Source: an uncultured Clostridia bacterium
Lineage (GTDB): Bacteria; Bacillota; Clostridia; Oscillospirales; CAG-272
Assembly (NCBI GenBank): GCA_948466345.1
Contig: CAOKAC010000003.1
Location: 140,812-204,811 of the forward strand
Reading direction: 5' to 3'
DNA: 64,000 bases
Of the stretch, positions 18,465-27,403 are shown piece by piece. A program made the translations under genes and the position numbers. Within the stretch, counting starts at the first letter, position 1, and every line of letters starts with the position of its first letter. Under the pieces are notes generated by a model that worked only from the letters and a program-made list of their open reading frames with translations, was not told the origin of the DNA and did not search any database.

Positions 18465-18839
18465 TTATTTTTTTACATTTTTGAATCCGCAATATATAAG
18501 AAATGTGCCGGTGAAAACACCGCACGCAATAACAAATAATCCAAAGCCTCCAAATACGGTCCCGCAGTTATTATAAAAAATTTCGGCTACCGTGTTACCG
18601 GAAACAGAAGCAAGGCGAGACATATTTTCGGCCCCATTCAGCATTTGAATGCCGCCAAACAAGCAAAGCAGAAAAGTAAGCCCGGCAGCAATGAAGCAAA
18701 TAATAGATACCGGACCTCTTTTGGACCTTTTAGGAACAGGCTGACTTTCTGCTTGAGGACAAGCGAGATTATTGTTGCACTCCCTGCAAAAGGTCTGACC
18801 ATCTGAAATTTCTTTGCCGCATAATCCGCAAAATGCCAT
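18465..18839 (-). CDS. zinc-ribbon membrane protein, unknown function
   Basis: ATG 18839 behind GGAGG. N-terminal CGLCG...CREC zinc ribbon followed by 2-3 TM helices. Confidence 0.6.
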   Translation of the reverse strand: MAFCGLCGKEISDGQTFCRECNNNLACPQAESQPVPKRSKRGPVSIICFIAAGLTFLLCLFGGIQMLNGAENMSRLASVSGNTVAEIFYNNCGTVFGGFGLFVIACGVFTGTFLIYCGFKNVKK

Positions 18840-18940
18840 TTTAACCTCCAAATAAATTTAAATATTTGTCAAATTGTATCATAAATGCTTGAATAAATCA
18901 ACCTTGTATATACATATTTGTGCATAATTGCATAATATTG

Positions 18941-19007
18941 TTGACAATTGTTTCACAGTTATGATATACTAAATACGCGTATGACTTGTTTTCCAAAAAC
19001 AAGTCAT
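18941..19007 (+). promoter_or_regulatory. promoter plus 5'-proximal perfect 12-bp inverted repeat upstream of fakB
   Basis: TTGACA (18941-18946), 18-nt spacer, TATACT (18965-18970). Then ATGACTTGTTTT-cca-AAAACAAGTCAT (18981-19007). Confidence 0.6.
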
Positions 19008-19054
19008 TTTCAATGGATTCATCGTTTTTATGCATATATTAAAAAAGGATAGGT

Positions 19055-19927
19055 ATGCTTATGGTAGATTCATTTATTATATTGACAGATTCCGGAAGCG
19101 ATATTACCCAAGAAATGGCTGAAAGCATGCAGGTGCAGGTGATGCCGCTCATGTATACCTTAGACGAGGAAGATCCAATGCCTGGGGATGAGGTAGATAT
19201 TAAGAACTTTTATCGCCAGCTGCGTGAGGGGAAAAGTGCCAAAACCTCTGCTGCCAATTATGAAGATTTGACAAGAACGCTGGAGACGATTGTCTGTGGC
19301 GGACATGATGTATTATATATTGCATTTTCATCGGGGCTTAGCAGTACTGCTAGCACAGCGATGCTGGTTGCAGGAGAACTCTGCGAGAAATATCCGGAGC
19401 GAAAAATTTTTGTGGTAGATTCGCTGGCGGCTTCCCTTGGACATGGACTGCTTGTATATTTAGCTTCCCGCTGTCGCGCAGATGGAAAATCTATCGAGCA
19501 GGTACGAGACTTTGTGGAGGAAAACAGACTTCGCCTTTGCCACTGGTTTACAGTGGATGATCTGCATCATTTGAAGCGGGGCGGTCGCGTATCCGCAGCT
19601 ACAGCGGCTATCGGCACCATGCTGTCTATCAAACCGGTGCTGCATGTAGATGATGCGGGACACCTGATCAATGTATCTAAAGCGAGAGGACGCAAGGCAT
19701 CGCTTGTATCGTTAGTGGAGCAGATGGAGAAAACAGCCGTTGATCCGGCGGGACAAACTGTATTTATCAGTCACGGAGACGCGCTGGAGGACGCCCAGCA
19801 GGTTGCGCAGATGGTACGTGAAAAGATGGGTGTGCAGGATATACAAATCGGGTATATTGGCCCGGTAATCGGTGCACATTCCGGGCCCGGCACTGTTGCG
19901 TTGTTTTTCCTTGGCACACAGCGTTAA
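19055..19927 (+). CDS. DegV family fatty-acid-binding protein (FakB-like)
   Basis: 290 aa. IILTDSGSDI N-terminus and the overall pattern are typical of DegV. Immediately upstream of a FakA-like DAK2 gene. Confidence 0.85.
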   Translation: MLMVDSFIILTDSGSDITQEMAESMQVQVMPLMYTLDEEDPMPGDEVDIKNFYRQLREGKSAKTSAANYEDLTRTLETIVCGGHDVLYIAFSSGLSSTASTAMLVAGELCEKYPERKIFVVDSLAASLGHGLLVYLASRCRADGKSIEQVRDFVEENRLRLCHWFTVDDLHHLKRGGRVSAATAAIGTMLSIKPVLHVDDAGHLINVSKARGRKASLVSLVEQMEKTAVDPAGQTVFISHGDALEDAQQVAQMVREKMGVQDIQIGYIGPVIGAHSGPGTVALFFLGTQR

Positions 19928-19955
19928 ATTTTGTCTTACAAGAGGAAGTCACAAA

Positions 19956-21596
19956 ATGAAGATGAATGGTTCTATGTATCGGGATATGGTGGTTTCTGCC
20001 GCTTGTTCTCTGGACAACCAAAAAGATGTAATTAATAATTTGAATGTTTTTCCTGTGCCTGACGGTGATACTGGCATTAATATGAGTCTGACAATGAGCG
20101 GCGTGCGTGGAGATTTTGTGTCCTTTGCCGGGACGCTTGGCGAATGTGCACAAAAGGCCGCCAATTTGATGCTGCGGGGAGCCAGAGGCAATTCAGGTGT
20201 AATTCTATCCCTGTTTTTTCGCGGTATCGCAAAGGCATGGGCCAATGTAGAAGAGGCAGCGGACTGTAGGGAAATTGTAAAAGGATTTTCCAAAGGTGTT
20301 TCAGAAGCCTATAAGGCTGTTATGAATCCAACAGAGGGTACGATTCTCACTGTTATGCGGGTCATGACGGAAACGGCTGTGTCCAAAATAGAAGAAGAGC
20401 AGTGGGAAGACAATATACAGGAGTTATTTGGTTTGATGCTGGAGGCAGCAAAGAGTGCGCTGGAAAAAACACCGGAACAGCTTCCTATTTTAAAGCAGGC
20501 TGGCGTAGTAGATTCTGGCGGATGTGGGTTTGTTGCCGTTATCGAGGGAATGAAAGCTTGTTTGGATGGTCGTCCGATTACGGCGGCAGCATCGGATCTC
20601 CAACCAAATGAGGCGGCAGACTTTCGTGCCTTTCAAACAGAGGATATACGCTATGCCTATTGTACGGAATGTATTGTAGGCAAAAGCCCTCGATATGCAG
20701 GTGAAAATACTACGGAGGATTTGCACCGCTTTATTATGAAGCTGGGGGACAGTGTAGTCTATGTGGATGATAGTGAATTGATTAAGCTCCATGTGCACAC
20801 GAACGATCCTGGAAGGGTACTTACAGAAGCACTGCGGTACGGTGTTCTGGAAACTGTAAAAATAGAAAATATGAAACAGCAGCACTCATCGCTATCCGGA
20901 TCACAGCCTGCGACTTCATCCTCTCAGATTACAGAACCGGAAAAGAAATATGGTTTTGTAACTGTGTGTATAGGGCAGGGAATGGAAGATTTGTTTCGCG
21001 ACCTGGCAGCAGATCAGATCGTAAGCGGCGGACAGACGATGAATCCCAGTACAGATGAGATTGTAGATGCTGTGCAAAGGACACCAGCAAAAACGGTATT
21101 TGTACTTCCCAACAATAAAAATATTTATATGGTCAGTCAGCAGGCTGCAAAAATTGTGAATGATCGTAAGGTAGTGGTGTTGAATACTACTTCTGTGCCG
21201 GAAGGGGTGGCAGCAATGCTGGCTTTTGATTCTGAGGCTGACTGTGAAACCAATACGGCGGCGATGGAGGCTGCTATCAAACATGTTACTACTTTGTCCG
21301 TCACTTATGCGGTACGAGATACGGAGATTGGGGAGACACTTATTAAAGAAGGCGAGATACTCGGACTGATAAACGGAAAGATTGCATGTTCTTCCTCTAC
21401 ACAGGAAGGTTGTGTAGGCAGTATGATAGAGTCCGTTCCAGAAGCATCGGTTGTTACGGTGTATTATGGAGAAGGAGTGACTGCTTTGCAGGCGGAAGCT
21501 GTGTCGTCATTGTTGCAAAAACGATATCCAGAGGCAGAAGTGATGTCTCTTTATGGCGCACAGCCGGTGTATAGTTACATTATTTCTATTGAATAA
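19956..21596 (+). CDS. DAK2-domain protein (YloV/FakA-like fatty acid kinase ATP-binding subunit)
   Basis: ATG 19956 behind AGAGGAAG. LNVFPVPDGDTGINM and ARGNSGVILS motifs of the DhaL/DAK2 domain. About 546 aa, like YloV/FakA. Confidence 0.8.
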   Translation: MKMNGSMYRDMVVSAACSLDNQKDVINNLNVFPVPDGDTGINMSLTMSGVRGDFVSFAGTLGECAQKAANLMLRGARGNSGVILSLFFRGIAKAWANVEEAADCREIVKGFSKGVSEAYKAVMNPTEGTILTVMRVMTETAVSKIEEEQWEDNIQELFGLMLEAAKSALEKTPEQLPILKQAGVVDSGGCGFVAVIEGMKACLDGRPITAAASDLQPNEAADFRAFQTEDIRYAYCTECIVGKSPRYAGENTTEDLHRFIMKLGDSVVYVDDSELIKLHVHTNDPGRVLTEALRYGVLETVKIENMKQQHSSLSGSQPATSSSQITEPEKKYGFVTVCIGQGMEDLFRDLAADQIVSGGQTMNPSTDEIVDAVQRTPAKTVFVLPNNKNIYMVSQQAAKIVNDRKVVVLNTTSVPEGVAAMLAFDSEADCETNTAAMEAAIKHVTTLSVTYAVRDTEIGETLIKEGEILGLINGKIACSSSTQEGCVGSMIESVPEASVVTVYYGEGVTALQAEAVSSLLQKRYPEAEVMSLYGAQPVYSYIISIE

Positions 21597-21627
21597 AAAA
21601 ACGGACTATATAGTCCGTTTTTTTATT
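21595..21627 (+). terminator. intrinsic terminator
   Basis: AAAAAAACGGACTATATAGTCCGTTTTTTT palindromic hairpin with a T-run. Confidence 0.8.
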
Positions 21628-21681
21628 TGCTTTGGTTACGTGTAAAACACTTTGAAAGATATGTATAACCTTTTTGCAGAA

Positions 21682-21777
21682 AGGACCTCCAAGCTGGGAT
21701 ATGATAATTTTTGCAAAAGCTGCATTGGGCTTTTTAATTTTTACGGGATACTGCAGTTTTTTTTCGTACAACCACAT
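21682..21777 (-). pseudogene. cotJC: cotJC 5' fragment (Mn-catalase-like spore coat protein, truncated after ~32 codons)
   Basis: MWLYEKKLQYPVKIKKPNAAFAKIIISQLGGP matches the CotJC N-terminus (B. subtilis MWVYEKKLQYPVKV...EQYGG). The remaining ~155 codons are absent and the reading frame runs into the fakA terminator. Confidence 0.75.
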
Positions 21778-21813
21778 ATTTTAATTCTGCAAAGCAGTTC
21801 CTTTCCTTAAATT

Positions 21814-22083
21814 TTATCGCGAAGTGTTGGCGCTGTATTCCCAAGGCCAAGGTCCCTTTATCCAACTCCAGCAGTCGTTGTCCGTACCGCCGTGAATAGT
21901 TAAAGGCCCATATTGGGATTCATATGCTAGATACGCTTCTTCCAGCAGACGGTTGTATTTATTATAGCAAGCAATGGCAGCTTGATCACCAGGATGCGTA
22001 TCCAAATACAAATTAACTTCTACCAGAGCGAACCCATATACTTGAATATCATGCATCAATGCGTTTCTATCTTTAGGCATCAT
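21814..22083 (-). CDS. cotJB: spore coat protein CotJB
   Basis: ALMHDIQVYGFALVEVNLYLDTHP...YNKYNRLLEEA pattern of CotJB. The likely start ATG 22083 overlaps the cotJA stop (ATGA) behind AAAGGGG. Confidence 0.85.
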   Translation of the reverse strand: MMPKDRNALMHDIQVYGFALVEVNLYLDTHPGDQAAIACYNKYNRLLEEAYLAYESQYGPLTIHGGTDNDCWSWIKGPWPWEYSANTSR

Positions 22084-22508
22084 CAGCGGCACCCCTTTCT
22101 CGGACAAGCCGTAGGGTAAAAGGGAAAATCCAGTTCTTTGAATAGAGTTCCCCTTTCAAAGCCAGGTTCCAGATCGTAAAGATTTCTCCATTCCTGCATG
22201 GGTACATAGGCCATGGCAAGAGGCATTCCTGCAAGTCTGTCTTCACCATGCACCCTACACTGACCAGATGTGCGGCCCGGACAGGAAGCGCCTAATCCCC
22301 TATTGCATCCACATCCGTTTTGCCTGGGCATACCGACTTTGTTGCGTGTGGGGCAGATTGTTGCCTGCGACAAGGTAGAAACTGCCTCACGGCTCTCCTG
22401 TTTACCGTATTTCTGCGTCGGCATTTGTCCTACATGGCTGAACAGTTCTTCACCAATGCGGTCGCGCGGGGTTCTGTTTTCAGCATTGTAATTCATAATT
22501 ATGCACAT
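22083..22508 (-). CDS. cotJA: spore coat-associated protein CotJA (with long N-terminal extension)
   Basis: C-terminal LAMAYVPMQEWRNLYDLEPGFERGTLFKELDFPFY is the CotJA signature. The start is uncertain (22508 or 22496). Confidence 0.8.
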   Translation of the reverse strand: MCIIMNYNAENRTPRDRIGEELFSHVGQMPTQKYGKQESREAVSTLSQATICPTRNKVGMPRQNGCGCNRGLGASCPGRTSGQCRVHGEDRLAGMPLAMAYVPMQEWRNLYDLEPGFERGTLFKELDFPFYPTACPRKGCR

Positions 22509-22698
22509 TCCTTTCTTTGCATTTGTGTCACTCTAATAGCAAGGGACACAAATGAGGTTTGAAAACACTGTATCTGCTCTGTTTTCAAACGTATTGCTTT
22601 TTTTGTTCTATGCTTTTTTTGGCAGAGCGGCAGACCGCTCTCGCTATAGTATATGCTGATCTTTATGCACTGTACATGCATGACATTGCCGACGCCTC

Positions 22699-22727
22699 TT
22701 GAAAATGTCACGGTTTTGTGGTAATAT
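22699..22727 (+). promoter_or_regulatory. sigma-A-type promoter of rnhA
   Basis: TTGAAA (22699-22704), 17-nt spacer, TGgTAATAT extended -10 (22719-22727). Confidence 0.6.
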
Positions 22728-22766
22728 AGCAGAAGTGTCAATAGAGATTTCAGAAAGAGAGAAAAG

Positions 22767-23222
22767 GTGAAAAAAGTAGAAATTTATACAGATGGGTCCT
22801 GTAAGCAAAATCCTGGACCTGGGGGCTGGGGAGCAATTTTAGTATACCAGGGCAAGGAGATGGAATTGTCAGGGGGAGAGGCAGATACTACCAATAATCG
22901 AATGGAACTGACAGCGGTAATTGAGGCGCTGCGGCGGCTGCGGGAACCCTGCCAGGTTTTGCTGACCACCGATTCTAAATATGTTTCCGATGGGATTTCC
23001 AAGGGCTGGGCTGTTTCCTGGAGATCCCGAGGATGGAAGAAAGCTGATAAGAGTCCTGCATTGAACCCAGATCTGTGGGGGACTCTGTTGGAATTGTGTG
23101 AAATCCATTCTGTCAAATTTCATTGGGTAAAGGGTCATGCAGGGCATCCATACAACGAGCGATGTGATACATTGGCGCAGGGAGAAGCCCAAAAAATTGC
23201 TGATAAAAAGGACAGGGCGTAG
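22767..23222 (+). CDS. rnhA: ribonuclease HI
   Basis: GTG start at 22767. VEIYTDGSC...GPGGWGAIL...TNNRMEL...[18 protein letters not shown] is canonical RNase H1. Confidence 0.9.
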   Translation: MKKVEIYTDGSCKQNPGPGGWGAILVYQGKEMELSGGEADTTNNRMELTAVIEALRRLREPCQVLLTTDSKYVSDGISKGWAVSWRSRGWKKADKSPALNPDLWGTLLELCEIHSVKFHWVKGHAGHPYNERCDTLAQGEAQKIADKKDRA

Positions 23223-23236
23223 GCCCTGTCCTTTTT
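23205..23236. terminator. bidirectional intrinsic terminator
   Basis: AGGACAGGGC-gtag-GCCCTGTCCT flanked by an A-run and a T-run. The rnhA stop lies in the loop. Confidence 0.8.
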
Positions 23237-23237
23237 A

Positions 23238-25778
23238 TCAGTCAATGACTTCAATGCACATATGATCGGTAAGCTTTTCTGTAGGTATGAAAAGCTTTTG
23301 TGTCTGCATCAGGGAGTCGAATACCCCTTCTGCAGTCTCTTTGTTAATTGTAAAGGTGCGTGTTCCTCGTTCTTCGTTGCGGTACGACAGGGTGAGCGGG
23401 CGTCCTTTGACGCTAATTTCAATTTTTGCCGCTTTGCAGGGCATCACAGCAGGCGTCTGAATGGTAAGTCCATCCAAAGTAGGCGCGATGCCAAATCCAT
23501 ATTTAATCATTTCCTTGACAAGAACGGCACCGCTGCCAGTGTACCAGTCGCCCATGGAACCGCCGTCGATTTCATAATCCGGATTTTCACAGTAGGAGTT
23601 CGGCATGGCAAAGGTGGTCATAGTGCAGTTGTCGTGGGTGATTACCATGGACTTTTCCATCTGCATCCATGCCTTTTCGGATTCACCCAGACAAAATAGT
23701 GCCATAATACCAAACATACTTGCATGCACATAAGCGCAGGAATTTTCATAGGTACCGGGTGTTATATAGGAGATGCGTCCGGCCTCAGGCAGCGCGTAGG
23801 GGAAGGGAACATCAAAGGTTTTCAGTCCATATTTGGAGTCCATTGCATCCAGCGTATCCATGATTACCGCTTTCATGGAAGGATCCTTTTGGGTCATACC
23901 GGTGATGGCCCAGAAGGCGTTGGAGGTGATGCTCCGGCGGGACTTGCCGTCAACATCCTTCCATGATCCTAGTTTATAGGATATTTTATCTCCCCAGCCA
24001 TGAATGATCCGGCGTTGGCCGGCATCATTCACATCAATTCCATATTTTTTAAGCCCTTCTTCAATTCCATGGCTATACGCTGCATATTCGCTGATTTTTT
24101 CTGTGTACTTACCGATTTTGGTGAGAATCTTTGTCATTTCCTGCAGATTCTGATAAAACTGCAAAGTTGCCATAACTGTAACGCCAGAGCCATATTTTTT
24201 ACCAGAATCCTTGGTTTTTCCAAGACCATCCAGCGCGTCATTCCAGTCGCCGTACAAGGCGCGCAGGCAATTTGTGCCGTATTCTCGATCCAAATTTCCG
24301 GCAAGGAAGTCCATGATCCGCAGCAAGTGTTCCAGCACCGTGTCCTGAATATCACTTTTTTGCATTACATAGTTGTGATCCGGATGTGCTACATAGTAGG
24401 AGCAAATTTCGTCCAATATGGAGTAGTCATCCGTATAGGACAGATATGTGTAAATCGTGGAAATGATCCATACGCCCTGATCGATATATTCCCGCATGTC
24501 CATATCCGGCAAAGTATCTGGCGTAGCAGGTACAGAGAACTGACGAGGAGGCCGGCCATCTTCCAAGATATAGTTGAGCGCTACGACGATTTTTTCACGG
24601 CTTAGTGCAGGCTGCCAAATCAGAGAACCTTCCAACTGCTGGAATACGTCTCGAATCCCGATATGGGGACCCGCATAGTTTTTACCCAGCGCACAGAAGC
24701 TAGTCTGTTTTTGCACATTGCGGATAAAGCGGTTCAGTACAGCAGGATGCAGATCGGTTTTTCCATTCCAGTCTGCAAAGGTGATTTTCATGTTGTCCAA
24801 GTCACGGCATTCTTCCTCTTCCCATGCAAACAAAGCACTATCAATGGACGCTGTATCAATAGGGTCTTTTGCGTGGGATTTCGCATCATCAATGCTGTGA
24901 TAGTAGGACAGATCATACTCCCGGCGTACCATTTCGCCGCCGTCCAGTTCCATGTGAATCATATCGCATGCGGCGGGAATTTCTGTGGTAGTTGCTTCCC
25001 GCGCCTGCTTTTGGAAGTGACCAGTACGCAGTGCTTCTGCATTTGTCAGGCCTCTGCCTCGATATCCTAAAAAGTCTGATTTTGCCATAGTATAATATAC
25101 GTCTGTAATGGTTCCGCCGTCAGAACAGGTGTTGATGAGCAGGCAGTGTTCTGAAGTGCGCAGAAGACTGGAATTTTCACAGAGTCGGGATCCAAATTTG
25201 TTCATCCGATCCCAAAAGGCTTCGGTCTCTTCAAATTTGAGGATAGCGTAATGATAAGACGCAAGGTAAAAAGGAATTTTGTTCTGTGTCTTATTAATAG
25301 CGGTTAGTGCAAAATGAATATGCTTCTTTTTATCTGTATGCAGGCGAACCGCAAAGGTGACCTGCTCGGTATCTGTGATATAGTAGGCGCAACGGGGAGA
25401 ATATACCACATATCGGTTTACAGCCAGCGGTTCAAACAGTTGTCTGCTGGCACCGAGAAGAGAAATCGGATAGTAATCGCCGCTGTCCATAGGGATGCCT
25501 GCAAAAAAGTTGACAGAAGGATCCTCGGAAAAGTGAACTGTTTGAAAAATATTGAAGGTGGATTCACAAGCTTCTATGTACCCGGAAGAGCGGGCCCACA
25601 CCACTAGCCCGTCCGCGTCATAGGGGTAACGGGATTCGCCGTTTTCCCTAGGATAGCATACGATATCCCGCTCACCCAGGTAAAAGGTGTTTTGCGGGAG
25701 CTTTTTGTCAGGAGAGGGATGGGCTTCCAATTCCTGAATCTGAGACAGAATCGATTCAATTTTTTGTCTGAGCGTCAT
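23238..25778 (-). CDS. GH94-like glycoside phosphorylase/hydrolase ((alpha/alpha)6-barrel, cellobiose-phosphorylase-type)
   Basis: 846 aa. YGDWNDALDGLG aligns by eye with the GH94 catalytic RADWNDCL region. GTYENSCAYVHA and DWYTGSGA...GIAPTLDGLTI resemble C-terminal GH94 blocks. Substrate unknown. Confidence 0.55.
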   Translation of the reverse strand: MTLRQKIESILSQIQELEAHPSPDKKLPQNTFYLGERDIVCYPRENGESRYPYDADGLVVWARSSGYIEACESTFNIFQTVHFSEDPSVNFFAGIPMDSGDYYPISLLGASRQLFEPLAVNRYVVYSPRCAYYITDTEQVTFAVRLHTDKKKHIHFALTAINKTQNKIPFYLASYHYAILKFEETEAFWDRMNKFGSRLCENSSLLRTSEHCLLINTCSDGGTITDVYYTMAKSDFLGYRGRGLTNAEALRTGHFQKQAREATTTEIPAACDMIHMELDGGEMVRREYDLSYYHSIDDAKSHAKDPIDTASIDSALFAWEEEECRDLDNMKITFADWNGKTDLHPAVLNRFIRNVQKQTSFCALGKNYAGPHIGIRDVFQQLEGSLIWQPALSREKIVVALNYILEDGRPPRQFSVPATPDTLPDMDMREYIDQGVWIISTIYTYLSYTDDYSILDEICSYYVAHPDHNYVMQKSDIQDTVLEHLLRIMDFLAGNLDREYGTNCLRALYGDWNDALDGLGKTKDSGKKYGSGVTVMATLQFYQNLQEMTKILTKIGKYTEKISEYAAYSHGIEEGLKKYGIDVNDAGQRRIIHGWGDKISYKLGSWKDVDGKSRRSITSNAFWAITGMTQKDPSMKAVIMDTLDAMDSKYGLKTFDVPFPYALPEAGRISYITPGTYENSCAYVHASMFGIMALFCLGESEKAWMQMEKSMVITHDNCTMTTFAMPNSYCENPDYEIDGGSMGDWYTGSGAVLVKEMIKYGFGIAPTLDGLTIQTPAVMPCKAAKIEISVKGRPLTLSYRNEERGTRTFTINKETAEGVFDSLMQTQKLFIPTEKLTDHMCIEVID

Positions 25779-25909
25779 ATGTTATGTACCTTTCAGAAAA
25801 TTGTTTGATTTATTGTATCATAGAAGTTTTAGGGCTGCAAGGCGATACTTGATTTTTTCTTTGCTATTTTGTAAAATAAGACAGATTAAATATGCAGCGG
25901 GAGATTTTT

Positions 25910-27403
25910 ATGAAACGTATACTGACTGGCGCACAAATGAAAGAATGTGATGCAGCGCAAATCCGTGCTGGAACGCCGTCCTATGTGTTGATGGAGCGGG
26001 CGGCCAGATCGGTGGTGGATGAGATATATCGCAATGGATGGGAAAAGATGCAAGTACTGGTAGTATGCGGCAATGGAAACAACGGAGGCGATGGTTTGAT
26101 TGCAGCGCGTCTTTTGCATATGGATGGCGTATCTGTTCATGTTTGTTTTGTTGGAGATGCGACACACTGTACACCTGAAACCGGACAGGCGTATACAGAC
26201 GCGCTGCAATCCGGTGTATTTTTTGCACGGTCTCCAATTGGGAGCAGTTATGGATTGATTGTAGACGCCTTGTTTGGAATTGGGCTATCCCGTGCACCAG
26301 AAGGACAGTATAGAGAAATCATTCAGCAAATAAACCGCTGTGACGCAAAAGTTTTAGCTGTCGATATTCCATCGGGGATATGTGCCGATACAGGAAAGGC
26401 ACCGGGGGCGGCAGTACGTGCTGATGTGACGGTGGCTATGGCAGCATATAAAAGAGGACATGTACTTGAAAAGGGCGTGGACTATAGCGGAAAGGTAGTT
26501 TGCGCGGACATAGGGATTAGCACGGAGCTGTTCGATATAACGGATAATGCAGCGGCTTTGGCTTATGTGATTGAGGAGAGGGAACTGTCCCTGATCCCTC
26601 GGAGAAAAAGAGATGCCAACAAGGGCACTTTTGGGCGGGTTTTGATAATCGGTGGATCGCGGGGTATGTGTGGCGCGGCATATTTGTGTGCAAAAGCGGC
26701 CTACAGAAGCGGCGCGGGGCTAGTGGAGATTTTTACCTGTGAAGAAAATCGGCAGCCGTTGCAGATTTTGCTTCCTGAGGCGATTGTGACCGCTTATACA
26801 GGAGATATACCAGATCTGACCCTTTTGGCTGCCGCTCTGGAGCGGGCCAGCTTTGTTGTGCTGGGGCCAGGACTAGGACAGAATGCTGGAGCAGAATTTT
26901 TAGTGCGTGAAACCCTTTGGCGAACGCGCGTGCCTCTTGTCTGTGATGCGGACGCGCTAAATGTGTGTGCGGCACACGCTCTTGCATATCCCGATGATAT
27001 CCCGGTTATTGTGACGCCTCATCCGGGGGAGTTTTCCAGAATGACAGGTCAGAATATAGAGGCCCTCTCACAGGATCCTCAGAGTAGCGCGATACAGTAT
27101 GCTCTGGAAAATAAGGTAATTTGTGTGCTGAAATTTGCCCGCACAGTAATTACCGATGGAAGTGCATTGTTTGTCAATATGAGCGGCGGTCCCGTTCTTT
27201 CTAAGGGTGGAAGCGGAGACGTGTTGTGTGGTGTGATTGCCGGTATGCTGTGCAGTGGGATGTCTCCTATTGGGGCAGCTTGCTTGGGCGTTTATGTGCA
27301 CGGAAGAGCAGGGGAGGCTGCGCAGTCTGCATATGGAGAATACTCTCCTCTTGCCTCAGAAGTATGCGATGAGATTGCGGGTATATTAAAAAAAGCACAT
27401 TAG
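25910..27403 (+). CDS. nnr: bifunctional NAD(P)H-hydrate repair enzyme Nnr (epimerase + ADP-dependent dehydratase)
   Basis: ATG 25910 behind GGGAGA. N-terminal YjeF-N (VVCGNGNNGGDG) and C-terminal carbohydrate-kinase-like domain (GTFGRVLIIGGS...KGGSGDVLCG). Confidence 0.9.
   Translation: MKRILTGAQMKECDAAQIRAGTPSYVLMERAARSVVDEIYRNGWEKMQVLVVCGNGNNGGDGLIAARLLHMDGVSVHVCFVGDATHCTPETGQAYTDALQSGVFFARSPIGSSYGLIVDALFGIGLSRAPEGQYREIIQQINRCDAKVLAVDIPSGICADTGKAPGAAVRADVTVAMAAYKRGHVLEKGVDYSGKVVCADIGISTELFDITDNAAALAYVIEERELSLIPRRKRDANKGTFGRVLIIGGSRGMCGAAYLCAKAAYRSGAGLVEIFTCEENRQPLQILLPEAIVTAYTGDIPDLTLLAAALERASFVVLGPGLGQNAGAEFLVRETLWRTRVPLVCDADALNVCAAHALAYPDDIPVIVTPHPGEFSRMTGQNIEALSQDPQSSAIQYALENKVICVLKFARTVITDGSALFVNMSGGPVLSKGGSGDVLCGVIAGMLCSGMSPIGAACLGVYVHGRAGEAAQSAYGEYSPLASEVCDEIAGILKKAH

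Noticed and set aside
21586-21777. 63-aa ORF as an intact small gene
   Set aside because: Only its first 32 residues are CotJC-like. The rest is read-through into terminator sequence, so I call it a gene fragment rather than a functional small protein.
19872-21777. Idea that cotJC is split by a sporulation-excised intervening element (skin-like)
   Set aside because: The DNA adjoining the stub encodes convergent housekeeping genes (fakA/fakB and so on). No recombinase and no cotJC 3' fragment appear in any minus-strand ORF of the window. It cannot be excluded genome-wide.
22499-22741. 80-aa minus-strand ORF in the cotJA upstream region
   Set aside because: It overlaps the cotJA start out of frame, has no RBS, and the region is better explained by promoter and leader hairpins.
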